Assembly: GCA_965263455.1 (NCBI GenBank) | Contig: CBDHHN010000001.1 | Location: 355,492 to 419,491 of the forward strand | DNA length: 64,000 nucleotides | Direction: 5' to 3' | Origin: Acidimicrobiales bacterium | Lineage (GTDB): Bacteria > Actinomycetota > Acidimicrobiia > Acidimicrobiales > SZUA-35 | Part shown: positions 45,437 through 56,027 of the stretch, one piece after another | Position numbering within the stretch: position 1 is the first letter of the stretch | Layout: the number at the start of each line of letters is the position of its first letter | Translations under genes and position numbers: made by a program | Notes under the pieces: model-generated | Databases searched by the model: none | What the model was told of the DNA's origin: nothing | The model's input: the letters and a program-made list of their open reading frames with translations, nothing else

Positions 45437-46675
45437 ATGGTCACCGAGCAGGAACTGGTCGACGAGGTCCGCGCCTGGTTCGACGAGAACTGGGATCCCG
45501 ACCTCTCGCTGGTCTCGTGGCGGGAGCGCCTGGTCGATGCCGGCTGGGCCGTTCCCTCCTGGTCCACCGACTGGTACGGGAAGGATCTGCCGGCCTGGGC
45601 CGACGGGGTGGTCCACCGCACCATCCGGGAAGCGGGCGGGGTCACCACCCCGCTGGGCGGCGGGATGGGCCTCGCCGCCCCGACCATGTACGACCACGCC
45701 TCGGACGAGTTGAAGGCCAAGTACCTGCGACCGACGCTCACCGGGGCCATCTCCTGGTGTCAGCTCTTCAGCGAGCCGGTGGCCGGATCCGACCTGGCCG
45801 GGCTCAAGACCACGGCCGTCCGCGACGGCGACGACTGGATCATCAACGGCCAGAAGGTGTGGAACACCAGCGCCCACCACGCCGACATGGGAATCCTGGT
45901 GGCCCGCCACGACTGGGATGCGGTCAAGCACGCCGGCCTCACCTACTTCGTGATCGACATGCACCAGGACGAGATCGAGGTGCGGCCGATCGAGCAGATG
46001 AACTACTACGACTCCTTCAACGAGGTCTTCCTGACCGACGCCCGCGTCCCCCATCAGAACGTGGTGGGCAACGTCGGCGACGGGTGGAAGGTGGCCCGAG
46101 GCACCCTGGCCCACGAACGCCGGTTCAACAGCCGCCGCGGCCGCCCCTACGAGTCCACGGCCAGCGGCCGGGTCGTCGAGGAGGCCAAGGAGGAGGTCGC
46201 CGAGTGGGAGAAGACCTACGTCTGGTACCCCCAGCGCCAGGGTCGGGTCGACCTGCTGACCTCGCAGGCCCAGGCCCGGGGCGCCGCCGCCGATCCCGTG
46301 ATCCGCCAGGAGATCATGAAGGCCCACAGCATGCACCAGGCGGCCGCCATCACCGCCGACCGGGCCCGGGTGGCCCGGGAGTTGGGACGCCCTCCGGGCT
46401 CCGAGGGCTCCATCGGCAAGCTCTCGCTGTCGGAGATCGCCCGCCAGTGCAATCACACCCACACCGCCATCGCCGGAGCCCAGGGCATGCTCCGCAACGG
46501 CGATGAGGAGGTCGACGCCACGGTGGCCGAGGTCCTCGTGTCCACCCCGGCCCAGTCCATCGCCGGCGGGACCGACGAGATCCAGCACAACATCCTGGGC
46601 GAGAACATCCTGGGCCTCCCCAAGGAACCGGCCGTGGACCGGGGCGTCCCGTTCCGCGACGTCGGCCGCGGCTGA
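45437..46675 (+). CDS. Acyl-CoA dehydrogenase family protein
   Basis: ATG 45437 preceded by [49 protein letters not shown]. Confidence 0.85.
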   Translation: MVTEQELVDEVRAWFDENWDPDLSLVSWRERLVDAGWAVPSWSTDWYGKDLPAWADGVVHRTIREAGGVTTPLGGGMGLAAPTMYDHASDELKAKYLRPTLTGAISWCQLFSEPVAGSDLAGLKTTAVRDGDDWIINGQKVWNTSAHHADMGILVARHDWDAVKHAGLTYFVIDMHQDEIEVRPIEQMNYYDSFNEVFLTDARVPHQNVVGNVGDGWKVARGTLAHERRFNSRRGRPYESTASGRVVEEAKEEVAEWEKTYVWYPQRQGRVDLLTSQAQARGAAADPVIRQEIMKAHSMHQAAAITADRARVARELGRPPGSEGSIGKLSLSEIARQCNHTHTAIAGAQGMLRNGDEEVDATVAEVLVSTPAQSIAGGTDEIQHNILGENILGLPKEPAVDRGVPFRDVGRG

Positions 46676-46688
46676 GTCGGAGTTCACC

Positions 46689-47825
46689 GTGACCACCGGG
46701 CCACTGGCCGGACGCACCGTCATCGAACTGGCCGGCCTCGGCCCGGCCCCGTTCTGCGGGATGCTGCTGGCCGACATGGGGGCTCGCGTCATTCGGGTCG
46801 ACCGGCCGGGGGCCGAAGCGCGGCCCGACGTGGCCGGGCGGGGCAAGACCTCGATCGCCGTCAACCTGAAGCACCCTGACGGGGTGGCCACCGTGCTCGA
46901 TCTCTGCGCCAAGGCCGACGCCCTCATCGAGGGCTTCCGGCCCGGCGTGACCGAGCGGCTGGGCATCGGCCCCGAGCCATGCCGGGCGGCCAACCCCAAG
47001 TTGGTCTACGGCCGGATGACGGGGTGGGGCCAGGACGGCCCTCTGGCCCAGGCCGCCGGCCACGACATCAACTACATCGCCCTGACCGGGGCCCTGCACG
47101 CCATTGGGCCCACCGGGGGCAAGCCGGTCCCGCCCATCAACCTCATCGGTGACTTCGGCGGCGGGGGCATGCTGTTGGCCTTCGGGGTGCTGTGCGCCCT
47201 GCTCGAGGCCGAGGCCTCGGGCCAGGGCCAGGTGGTCGACGCCGCCATGGTCGACGGCACCAACGCCCTGCTGGCCATGTGCTTCACCCAGCAGGCCCAG
47301 GGTCGGTTCAACGAGGACCCGGGCGCCGGACCGCTGAGCGGGGCCGCCCACTACTACGACACCTACGAGACCAGCGACGGCCGGTGGGTGGCGCTCGGCT
47401 CCATCGAGCCCCAGTTCTACGCCGCCCTGCTCGACGCCCTGGACCTGGCCGATGACCCCGACTTCGCCCACCAACGGGATCCGGAGCGGTGGCCGGAGTT
47501 GACCGAGCGGCTGGCCGCCGTGTTCCGGACGCGGACCCGGGACGAGTGGTGCGAGCGCATGGAGGGAACCGACATCTGCTTCGCCCCCGTCCTCAGCCTC
47601 AGCGAGGCTCCCGACCACCCCCACAACGTGGCCCGGTCGGCCCACCTGACCCGTGACGGCATGGTCCAGCCCGCACCGGCCCCCCGCTTCGACCGGACCC
47701 CGGGGGCCGTGGACGGTCCAGCTCCCGCTCCGGGGGCCGACACCACGGCCGTGCTGGCCGGGATCGGCTACGACCAGGCCCGCATCGACCGACTCGTGGC
47801 CGACGGCGCCGTCCACCAGGCCTGA
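46689..47825 (+). CDS. CoA-transferase family III protein (alpha-methylacyl-CoA racemase/CaiB-BaiF type)
   Basis: GTG 46689. [53 protein letters not shown]. Confidence 0.85.
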   Translation: MTTGPLAGRTVIELAGLGPAPFCGMLLADMGARVIRVDRPGAEARPDVAGRGKTSIAVNLKHPDGVATVLDLCAKADALIEGFRPGVTERLGIGPEPCRAANPKLVYGRMTGWGQDGPLAQAAGHDINYIALTGALHAIGPTGGKPVPPINLIGDFGGGGMLLAFGVLCALLEAEASGQGQVVDAAMVDGTNALLAMCFTQQAQGRFNEDPGAGPLSGAAHYYDTYETSDGRWVALGSIEPQFYAALLDALDLADDPDFAHQRDPERWPELTERLAAVFRTRTRDEWCERMEGTDICFAPVLSLSEAPDHPHNVARSAHLTRDGMVQPAPAPRFDRTPGAVDGPAPAPGADTTAVLAGIGYDQARIDRLVADGAVHQA

Positions 47826-47904
47826 TCACGCCGAGCCCGTCGGGCCGTCACCTGCCGCGGGCGGCGCCGGGGGCGACCGGCGTCGATCAGCCGTCCGCCG
47901 CCGG

Positions 47905-48753
47905 TCAGAGGATGTAGCGGTCGCCTGTGGCCCGGACCGTGATGTCGCCGATCGACACGCCCCACGGTTGGTCCATGGCGTACAGCACCTGCTCGACCAG
48001 GTCCTCGGGAGCGAGCCGGGCGTTGCCCGGCGACGCCGGGTCCAGGTCGACCCCGTCGCCGCCCTCGGCCAGGGCGGCCATGACACCGAAGTACTCGGCC
48101 GCGTTCTGGCCCAGGATGCCGACCACGGCCTCGCGGTTGATGACGCCCGACCCCAGCCCGGTGCCCGGCACCCCGGTGGGGCGGACCGTGGTCACCTTGA
48201 CCCGGCCCTGGGTCTCGACCCGGAACGATTCCGACAGCACGTTCACCGCGGCCTTGGTGGCGCCGTACACGGCGGCGCCGACCACCGGGAAATTGCCGTA
48301 GATCGACGAGAGGTTGACGACGTGACCCCGCCCCTGGCCGACCATGACGTCGTGGGCCGCGATCATGCCGTTGAGCACACCCTTGATGTTGACGTCGATG
48401 CAGCGGGACCAGGCCTCGGCGGCCGCCTCGTGGTCGGCGAAGAAGGCCAGCGGCATCACGCCGGCGTTGTTGACCACGATGTCGAGGGCCCCGAAGCCGT
48501 CGACGGCTTGGCCCACCACGGCCTTCATGGCGGCCAGGTCGGTCACGTCGACCGCGGCGGCCGACGCCCGTCCGCCGGCGCCCTCGATCTCGGCCACGGT
48601 CGAGGCCGCGGCGTCGCCGTCCAGGTCCGTGGCGACCACGGCGGCCCCCCGGGCGGCGGCACCGAGCGAGATGAGGCGACCGAATCCACCACCGGCGCCG
48701 GTGACCAGAACCACGCGGTCCTGGAGGTGGGAGTGGGCTGGTTGGTCGGTCAT
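47905..48753 (-). CDS. Short-chain dehydrogenase/reductase (SDR)
   Basis: VTGAGGGFG, NNAG, S...YGATKAA catalytic pattern. Confidence 0.85.
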   Translation of the reverse strand: MTDQPAHSHLQDRVVLVTGAGGGFGRLISLGAAARGAAVVATDLDGDAAASTVAEIEGAGGRASAAAVDVTDLAAMKAVVGQAVDGFGALDIVVNNAGVMPLAFFADHEAAAEAWSRCIDVNIKGVLNGMIAAHDVMVGQGRGHVVNLSSIYGNFPVVGAAVYGATKAAVNVLSESFRVETQGRVKVTTVRPTGVPGTGLGSGVINREAVVGILGQNAAEYFGVMAALAEGGDGVDLDPASPGNARLAPEDLVEQVLYAMDQPWGVSIGDITVRATGDRYIL

Positions 48754-48756
48754 GGC

Positions 48757-49254
48757 TCAGTCCTCGAACAGTTCGGGAGGGAAGCCGCCCTTGCTGAGCG
48801 GGCTCCAGCGGGTGGGCCGGATCAGGATCATGCACTTACCCTGGTCGGCCATGGCCTGACGGTACTCGTCCCAGTCCGGATGCTCGCCGCTGATGCAGCG
48901 GTAGTACTCGACGAAGGCGTCGGCCGCCTCGGGCATGTCGAGCACCTCGGCCTCGCCGTCGATCTGGACCCAGGCGGCGTTGAACCTGTCGCCCATGACG
49001 GCCACCGACACCTGCGGGTTGCGGCGGGCGTTGCGGGCCTTGACCCGCATGGGGTAGGTCGACACCGCCAGCAGGCCGTCGGCCGTCATGCCGCCGGTGA
49101 CCAGGCTCATCTGGGGGCGGCCGTCGGCCCGGGTGGTGGCCAGGACCCACTGGTGGCGGCCGGCCAGGTGCTCGGCCAGGGCCTGGGCGTCGAGATTCAC
49201 GTCGGCCGCCTTGTGGGCCGCTCGGGGATCGTCCTTGGACAGCTTCTTGACCAC
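48757..49254 (-). CDS. PPOX-class (pyridoxamine 5'-phosphate oxidase-like) probable F420-dependent enzyme
   Basis: LATTRADGRPQMSLV, RNARRNPQVSV, EHPDWDEYRQAM. Resembles mycobacterial F420-binding PPOX proteins. Confidence 0.75.
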   Translation of the reverse strand: MVKKLSKDDPRAAHKAADVNLDAQALAEHLAGRHQWVLATTRADGRPQMSLVTGGMTADGLLAVSTYPMRVKARNARRNPQVSVAVMGDRFNAAWVQIDGEAEVLDMPEAADAFVEYYRCISGEHPDWDEYRQAMADQGKCMILIRPTRWSPLSKGGFPPELFED

Positions 49255-49352
49255 GGTGGAGACTCCGTTCAGCGGGGGGGGACGGCGGCCATTGTAAACA
49301 GAACAGCGGTTCGACTTCCTCCCTGATCGGGGCCGACGACTACGGTTCGGTC

Positions 49353-50603
49353 ATGAGCGTCGAGCAACGGTTCCAGGACGTCGACCGGGGCGAGCGGGAC
49401 CCCGATCGCTACCGGTTCGATCCATCGACCATCGTCCACCGGACACCCGGCCACCCGATCCGCGAGGGCCTGGAGGTCATGAGCCTGGCCTTCAACGCCG
49501 ATCCCGACGAGCACTACCGGTGGCTCCACGCCAACGCCCCCGTCTACTGGGACGACATCACCGGGCTCTGGGCCGTGGCCGGTCATGCCGAGGTGAGCAG
49601 GGTCGAGGTCGACTGGGAGACCTTCTGCTCCGCCCTCGGCTCCCGGCCCGAGAGTTCCGTGCCGTCGATGATCAACGCCGACCCGCCCGACCACACCCGG
49701 CGCCGACGCATCGTCAGCTCGGGCTTCACCCCCCGCCGGGTCCAGGCCCACGAGACCTTCCTCCGGTCCACCGTCACCGAACTCATCGACGCCGTCGTCG
49801 ACGAAGGCTCGTGTGACTTCGTGACCGACATCGCCAAGCCCATCCCCCTCCGCATGATCGCCGCTCTGATGGGGCTCCCGGCGGCCGATGAGGACAAGCT
49901 CCTGCACTGGTCGGACCTGTTCGCCACCGGCGGGGCCGACATCAGGGCCCAGGTCGAGCAGGCCGTGATCGAGTGGGCCGAGTACATCGTCGGCCATCTC
50001 AAGACCCGGACCGACCCCGAGGCCGAGGACCTGCTGAGCCTGCTGGTCCACACCGAGGGCGATCCGCTGTCAATCGAGGACCTCATCTACGAGACCATGC
50101 TCATCCTGGTCGGTGGCGACGAGACCACCCGCCACGTGATGGCCGGAGGGCTCGAAGCCCTCCTCCACCACCCCGAGCAGTGGGCCCGACTTCAAGCGGA
50201 TCGGACGCTGCTGCCCGGAGCCATCGACGAGATGCTGCGGTGGGTGTCCCCGGTCCGAAACATGAACCGCACGGCCACGGTCGACACCGAACTGGGCGGC
50301 CAACCGATCCTGGCCGGAGACCGGGTCCTGCTGCTCTATCAGGCCGCCAACCGCGACCCCCGGGTCTTCGACGATCCGTACCGGTTCGACATCACCCGCG
50401 ACGCCGCCCGCCACGTGGCCTTCGGGGCCAATGGGCGCCACTACTGCCTGGGGGCCCAGCTGGCCAAGCTCGAACTCCGCATCCTGTTCGAGGAGGTGCT
50501 CGATCGCCTGCCCACCCTGGCGCTGGCCGAGCCCGACCTCTGGCAGCCGGAGCGGGCCGGGAACTTCGTGCTCGGCATCGACCACCTGCCCGTCGTCTGG
50601 TGA
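49353..50603 (+). CDS. Cytochrome P450
   Basis: ExxR (DEMLRW), heme loop FGANGRHYCLGAQLA, I-helix LILVGGDETT. Confidence 0.9.
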   Translation: MSVEQRFQDVDRGERDPDRYRFDPSTIVHRTPGHPIREGLEVMSLAFNADPDEHYRWLHANAPVYWDDITGLWAVAGHAEVSRVEVDWETFCSALGSRPESSVPSMINADPPDHTRRRRIVSSGFTPRRVQAHETFLRSTVTELIDAVVDEGSCDFVTDIAKPIPLRMIAALMGLPAADEDKLLHWSDLFATGGADIRAQVEQAVIEWAEYIVGHLKTRTDPEAEDLLSLLVHTEGDPLSIEDLIYETMLILVGGDETTRHVMAGGLEALLHHPEQWARLQADRTLLPGAIDEMLRWVSPVRNMNRTATVDTELGGQPILAGDRVLLLYQAANRDPRVFDDPYRFDITRDAARHVAFGANGRHYCLGAQLAKLELRILFEEVLDRLPTLALAEPDLWQPERAGNFVLGIDHLPVVW

Positions 50604-50680
50604 AGCGACGCTGAGTCCGGCCCGGACCCGATCCGGGGCGCGCAGGCGCGACGCCGGTCCGGCCCGCTAGCTTTGCCGAC

Positions 50681-51451
50681 GTGGACTGGTTGAATGACCC
50701 CGCGGCCTGGAGTGCCCTGGCCGCCCTGCTGACCCTCGAGATCGTGCTCGGCGTGGACAACGTCGTGTTCATCTCCATCCTGGCCTCGAAGCTGCCCGAG
50801 GAGCAGCAGGACAAGGCACGCCAGACCGGCCTCATCGCCGCCGGCGCCATGCGCATCGTCCTGCTGTCGCTCATCGGCTTCATCGTGACGCTCCAGGACG
50901 ACCTGTTCGAGATCGCCGGGCGAGGCTTCAGCGGCAAGGAGCTCATCCTGTTGGCCGGTGGCGTCTTCCTCATCTACAAGGCGACCAAGGAGATCCACGA
51001 CAAGCTGGAGGGCGAGGAGGGTCACGCCGAGGCCAAGGTCGCCCCCACCTTCGGCGCCGTGATCGCCCAGGTCATGATCCTGGACCTGGTGTTCTCGGTC
51101 GATTCGGTGATCACGGCGGTCGGCATGACCGACATCTTCGCCGTGATGGTCATCGCCATCGTGCTCGCCGTCGTGATCATGCTGTTGGCGTCGCGGGCCA
51201 TCTACCAGTTCGTGAATCAGCACCCCTCGGTCAAGATGCTGGCCTTGGCCTTCCTCCTGCTGATCGGTGTGACCCTGATCGCCGAGGGCATGGGCGAGAA
51301 GATCCCCAAGGGCTACATCTACTCGGCGATGGCCTTCTCGGTCTTCGTCGAGGCGCTGAACATCCGCTCCCGCTCGGTTACGCCGGAGAAGCGGGTCCAC
51401 CTGCATCAGCCCTACACGGTCGACGACCCGGCCGACGTCGGCGTTCGCTGA
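50681..51451 (+). CDS. TerC-family integral membrane protein
   Basis: GTG 50681. LEIVLGVDNVVFIS and second repeat DLVFSVDSVITAVG. Confidence 0.85.
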   Translation: MDWLNDPAAWSALAALLTLEIVLGVDNVVFISILASKLPEEQQDKARQTGLIAAGAMRIVLLSLIGFIVTLQDDLFEIAGRGFSGKELILLAGGVFLIYKATKEIHDKLEGEEGHAEAKVAPTFGAVIAQVMILDLVFSVDSVITAVGMTDIFAVMVIAIVLAVVIMLLASRAIYQFVNQHPSVKMLALAFLLLIGVTLIAEGMGEKIPKGYIYSAMAFSVFVEALNIRSRSVTPEKRVHLHQPYTVDDPADVGVR

Positions 51452-51546
51452 CGACGTCGGCCGCCTGCGGCCCCGACCGGATTGACGGCGGGACGGTGGC
51501 GGACGGAGAATCGCAGGCGCCAGCCAGCCACCGGGGGAAGAGCGCC

Positions 51547-52800
51547 ATGGATCCGACGTACTCCGACGAAGCGGAACGGTACCGGGACGAGATCCGGTCC
51601 TTCCTCGACGAGCACCTGCCCCCGGGTTGGTCCGGGCTACGCGGCCTCGAACCCGGGGCCCGTGACGGCTTCGTTGCCGAGTGGCGTGAGCTGCTGGCCG
51701 AGCACCGCCTGATCGCACCGGCCTGGCCCGCCGAGTACGGCGGTGGTGGCCTGTCGGCCATCGAGCGGGTCGTACTGCACGAGGAGTTCGCCCGGGCCGG
51801 TGCACCCACGGGTGGAGCCAACGACGGCTTCGGCATCGGCATGATCGGGCCCACCCTGATGGTGCTGGGGACCGAGGAGCAGAAGAAGACGTTCCTGCCC
51901 CGCATCCTGTCGGGCGAGGACCGGTGGTGCCAGGGCTACTCCGAACCCAACTCCGGCTCCGACCTGGCCTCGCTGGGCACCCGGGCCGTGCGCGACGGCG
52001 ACGAGTGGATCATCAACGGCCAGAAGATCTGGACCTCGGAAGGCCACAGCGCCAACTGGATCTTCGTGCTGTGCCGGACCGAGCCCGAGGCGCCCAAGCA
52101 CCGCGGCATCTCGTTCCTGCTCTGCCCCATGGACCAACCGGGCATCGAGGTCCGCCCCATCATCAACATCGTGGGGAGCCACGACTTCAACGAGGTCTAC
52201 TTCACCGACGCCCGAACCTCGGTCGACAACGTGGTCGGCGGGGTCCACGAGGGCTGGCGGGTGGCCAACCAACTCCTGGCCTACGAACGAGGCGACGATG
52301 CCACCACCGTCTCGCTCCGGATGCAGGGCGTCCTCGACCGCCTGGTCGACGTGGCCCGAACCTCGGGCAAGATCGAGGACCCGGTCGTGCGCCAGCGCCT
52401 GGCCTGGTGCGCCTCCAAGGTCGAGGTCCTCCGCTTCCTGGGGCTGCGGTCGCTGACCAGCGTCCTGGCCGACGATGTGCTGGGGCCCGAGAGTTCGATC
52501 AACAAACTGCTGTGGAGCGAGCTGTTCCAGGCCATGACCGAACTCGGCACCCTCCTCTACGGGGCCGATGCCATGGCCCCGTCGGGCGACGCCCCGCTGT
52601 CGCCGGTGTTCACCGAGACCAAGGGCGACCCGCGGTCGTCGCGGGCCATGGTCGACCACTTCCTGGGGGCCCGCCCGGCCTCCATCTACTCGGGGTCGAA
52701 CGAGATCCAACGCAACATCGTCGGCGAGCGGGTGCTGGGCCTGCCCAAGGAGCCCCGGGCCGACGAGGGACCCTGGAACGAGACCCGACGGGCGGGCTGA
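51547..52800 (+). CDS. Acyl-CoA dehydrogenase family protein
   Basis: ATG 51547. CQGYSEPNSGSDLASLGTRA, INGQKIWTS, SGSNEIQRNIVGE. Paralogous to 45437-46675. Confidence 0.85.
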   Translation: MDPTYSDEAERYRDEIRSFLDEHLPPGWSGLRGLEPGARDGFVAEWRELLAEHRLIAPAWPAEYGGGGLSAIERVVLHEEFARAGAPTGGANDGFGIGMIGPTLMVLGTEEQKKTFLPRILSGEDRWCQGYSEPNSGSDLASLGTRAVRDGDEWIINGQKIWTSEGHSANWIFVLCRTEPEAPKHRGISFLLCPMDQPGIEVRPIINIVGSHDFNEVYFTDARTSVDNVVGGVHEGWRVANQLLAYERGDDATTVSLRMQGVLDRLVDVARTSGKIEDPVVRQRLAWCASKVEVLRFLGLRSLTSVLADDVLGPESSINKLLWSELFQAMTELGTLLYGADAMAPSGDAPLSPVFTETKGDPRSSRAMVDHFLGARPASIYSGSNEIQRNIVGERVLGLPKEPRADEGPWNETRRAG

Positions 52801-52857
52801 GCACCCGGCGCCGCCGACCGGCGGGCCCCTCCCGCCGTCCCGCCCAGCGCCGGCGGC

Positions 52858-53769
52858 TCAGGATCGGGCGGCCCGACGGGCCGCGATCTCCGCCAACTCG
52901 TCCGGCGTGAGTTCGCCTCTGAACATGGCCAGAAGCGCCCGGCCCAGTGGACGGCGGGGCCAGCGCTCGTCATCCACCAGGTGGACGTCGCTGGTCACGA
53001 TGCCGTCGGGGTCGAACCGGTAGCTCCGGTAGCCGGGAGGCAGCCAGGTCTCGTCGGTCAGCGAGAAGTTGTTCTTGAGCGACGGGGCCACGTGGACGGG
53101 GCGGCCGGCCAACTCGTAGCTGTCGGGGACGTGGGTGTGTCCGGCCCCCATGCCCCGGACCCGACTGAGTGCCGGGGTGGCCAGCAGCCGTCGCCACTCC
53201 TCGCCGTAGGCGGCATCGTGGCTCAGGGGTATCGGCGCCTCGGGCGGGTGGTGGAGCCAGATGAACTGGTGCTCGCTCTCGGCCGCGGCGCACGCCCGCT
53301 CGACCCAGGCCGCCTCACGGGCGCCCAAGGCGCCGTTGCAGTGGAGCCGGGTGTCTCCGGGGGGATCGTGAGCCAGGCCGTGGCCGTCGAAGGTCTGGAG
53401 CCCGGCCGAGGTGTCGGGGAGTACGAAACTCCACGGGCCGGCCTCCATCACCCGCGAGGTGGCGATGCCGGGCCGGGCCATCCCGGCCTCGAACGCCACC
53501 GTGGCGTCGTGGTTCCCGGGGCAGGCCACGACCGGGACATCGAGCCGGGCCAGGGACTCGGCCGCCACCCGGTACTGCTCGGGGCGTCCGTGGTCGGTCA
53601 CGTCACCGGTCACGACAACCAGATCGATGGCGGTGTGGTTGGCCAGGATGTGCTCCAGAACGGCGGCGAAGGCGGCCGCCGTGTCGTAGGCACCCTGGCC
53701 CTCTGGCCGGGCCCCCGACTCGAGGAAGTGGGTGTCGGACAACTGGATGACGTGCACCGGCTCGGCCAT
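52858..53769 (-). CDS. Metallophosphoesterase (calcineurin-like, CpdA-type)
   Basis: QLSDTHF, VTGDVTDHG, CPGNHD, GHTH motifs. Confidence 0.8.
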   Translation of the reverse strand: MAEPVHVIQLSDTHFLESGARPEGQGAYDTAAAFAAVLEHILANHTAIDLVVVTGDVTDHGRPEQYRVAAESLARLDVPVVACPGNHDATVAFEAGMARPGIATSRVMEAGPWSFVLPDTSAGLQTFDGHGLAHDPPGDTRLHCNGALGAREAAWVERACAAAESEHQFIWLHHPPEAPIPLSHDAAYGEEWRRLLATPALSRVRGMGAGHTHVPDSYELAGRPVHVAPSLKNNFSLTDETWLPPGYRSYRFDPDGIVTSDVHLVDDERWPRRPLGRALLAMFRGELTPDELAEIAARRAARS

Positions 53770-53945
53770 GGCGCCCAGTCTGACAGCCCGGGCCCGCCAT
53801 CGATCGGCACCGGGGCGAACCCGAGGCGAACCGGAAGCGAACGCCGATCGACCGATGACTAGTGGCGCACGTCACTTTTGTGGGACACTCGCAGCCCCCA
53901 CGATCATCACCCGCCGAGAGGCAGCCAACAGGAGGAACTGACCCG

Positions 53946-55046
53946 ATGAGCTCTGTTGCCGGACCCGAAGTCGGTCGTCCCACGTCGATCGACGAGGTGA
54001 CACCCGAGTGGTTGACCACCGTCTTGAGGACCAGCGGCGCCATCGACGCCGGGACCACCGTCATCTCGTCCCCGGCCAAGCCCTTCGCCGAGGGTCTCGG
54101 CTTCCTCAGCGATCTGTTCCGGGCCGAGCTGGCCTACGACGGGGGCGAAGGACCAGCCTCGGTCATCGTCAAGTTCCCGACCGCCATGCCCACCCAGCGG
54201 GCCATCGCCGACGGCCTGCAGTTCTACCAGCGGGAACTGCGCTTCTACCGGGAGCTCGCCCCCACCGCCCCGTTCCGCGTGCCTCAGGCCCACGCCGCGG
54301 CCATGGCCGAGGACAGCTCGGACTTCGTCCTGGTCATGGACGAGCTGGCCGGTCTCCGCGGCTTCGACCAGATCGCCGGGGCCACCGGGGCCGACGCCGT
54401 GGTGGCGGCCAGGAGCCTCGCCGCCTTCCACGCCCGCTTCTGGGGCCAGGACCTCTCGGACCTGGAGACCACGTTCTTCCCCCTCGACAACCCGGTGCAC
54501 CAGGTCGTGTTGCCGCAGATCTTCGCCGCAGGCTGGGAGCGCTGCAAGGCCGAGGGCACCGAGATCCTCACCCCGGAGGTCACGGCCTACGGCGACCGCT
54601 ATGTCGAGCTGCTGCCCTGGGCCCTCAACGAGCTGTCGACGGGGGCCACCCTGGTCCACGGCGACTGGCGGGCCGACAACCTGTTCCTGGACGATGACGG
54701 CAACCTCGCCGTCATCGACTTCCAGATCACGGGCACCGGGGCCGGGATCTACGACCTCGGCTACTTCCTCAGCCAGTCGATGGAGCCCGAGGACCGGGTG
54801 GCGGCCGAACCCGAGGTGCTGTCCGCCTACTTCGGCGGGCTGGACGACGCCGGCGTCGACTACGACCGGGAGGCGGAGCTGCGATCGCTCCGACTGACCA
54901 TGGCCTTCTGCCTCATCTACCCGGTGTCGATCTTCGGCGGCTGGGACGACGTCCCGGCCAACGGGCAAGCCCTGATGCTGGCCGGGCTGCGCCGGTCGGT
55001 CGAGGCCATCGTCGACCACGACGCCCTCTCGCTGCTGCCGAACTGA
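53946..55046 (+). CDS. Phosphotransferase-family protein (APH/ecdysteroid-kinase-like small-molecule kinase fold)
   Basis: ATG 53946 preceded by AGGAGG. Catalytic loop LVHGDWRADNLF and VIDFQ motif. Confidence 0.7.
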   Translation: MSSVAGPEVGRPTSIDEVTPEWLTTVLRTSGAIDAGTTVISSPAKPFAEGLGFLSDLFRAELAYDGGEGPASVIVKFPTAMPTQRAIADGLQFYQRELRFYRELAPTAPFRVPQAHAAAMAEDSSDFVLVMDELAGLRGFDQIAGATGADAVVAARSLAAFHARFWGQDLSDLETTFFPLDNPVHQVVLPQIFAAGWERCKAEGTEILTPEVTAYGDRYVELLPWALNELSTGATLVHGDWRADNLFLDDDGNLAVIDFQITGTGAGIYDLGYFLSQSMEPEDRVAAEPEVLSAYFGGLDDAGVDYDREAELRSLRLTMAFCLIYPVSIFGGWDDVPANGQALMLAGLRRSVEAIVDHDALSLLPN

Positions 55047-55091
55047 GCCGGTAGGTGGGTCGGGCCTCCGGGGCCCGGCCCCCTCAGCGGC

Positions 55092-55769
55092 TCACTCGTC
55101 GAAACCGACGTAGGTGACGACCTCGCGGGCCGGGCGACGCTCGGACTCGACGTCGTTGGCGGCGAAGTCGTCGGCCGGGTAGCCCATGGCGACCGTGATC
55201 ACGATCAGCTGGTCGTCCGGGATGTTGGCGTGGGCCCGGACCACCGACGACTGGCTGATGCCCTGACCGTTGATGACGGTGCCCAGCCCGCGCTCCCACG
55301 CCGCCAGCACCATGCCGTACACGGCCTGGCCGAGATCGAAGTAGGCCACGGTGGAGTGGGCCAGATCACGGTCGATGCAGCCCACGACCGAGACCGGCGC
55401 ATCGAACTGACGGAAGCCTCGCATGGCCCAGTCCCGGCGACGCTCCTTGTCGTCCCAGGCGATACCCATCGACTCGAAGAGTTGGGCCGCCACCCGCTTC
55501 TGGCGCTCCCGATGCAGACCCTGATACCCGCCGTGGGTCTGGATCTCCCGGTCCGGGGCGGCCCCCGCCATCATCCGTTCGGTGTTGCCCTCCCGGATCA
55601 GTTCAAGCGGCTCTCCGGCCACGACGTGGAAGTGCCAGGGCTGGGAGTTCATCGACGACGGGCACTGGACCGCCACCTCGACGATCTCGTCGATCACGGC
55701 CCGGGGCACCGGGTCGGGCCGGTAGCCGCGGACGCTGCGACGCTCATAGGCCAACTTCTCGAAGTCCAC
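55092..55769 (-). CDS. Nitroreductase-family (FMN) protein
   Basis: GTG 55769 preceded by GAGGGAG. RRSVRGYRPDPV, PSSMNSQPWHF. Confidence 0.85.
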   Translation of the reverse strand: MDFEKLAYERRSVRGYRPDPVPRAVIDEIVEVAVQCPSSMNSQPWHFHVVAGEPLELIREGNTERMMAGAAPDREIQTHGGYQGLHRERQKRVAAQLFESMGIAWDDKERRRDWAMRGFRQFDAPVSVVGCIDRDLAHSTVAYFDLGQAVYGMVLAAWERGLGTVINGQGISQSSVVRAHANIPDDQLIVITVAMGYPADDFAANDVESERRPAREVVTYVGFDE

Positions 55770-56027
55770 GCTGGATGCTCCCTCGGGTCGTGGTCAGTTC
55801 GGGGCCGGGGGCAGGTCACGACCCCCGGGAACGGCCGGTACTCGGTCACCGCCATCGGCTGACGGACGACGGGTCCGACCGTGGCCCTGCGCCCCGGTCG
55901 GAGGCGACGGCGCGGCGAGCGCCCGATCGGCCGACGACGTGGTCAAGGACATGGGGGCCATTGTCCCCGGGGCCGATGGTGGGCCTCAAGTCACCGTGCG
56001 GGGCGACGGCCCACCGGGCCCTGGCGG

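Noticed and set aside
50604-50680. yybP-ykoY (manganese) riboswitch upstream of the TerC-family gene
   Set aside because: The gap is only 77 nt, and I could not find the conserved four-helix core sequences.
53861-53876. Imperfect palindrome AGTGGCGCACGTCACT between the phosphoesterase and kinase-like genes as an operator
   Set aside because: Its arms have a mismatch, no cognate regulator is encoded nearby, and there are no further copies in the window. It cannot be told apart from chance.
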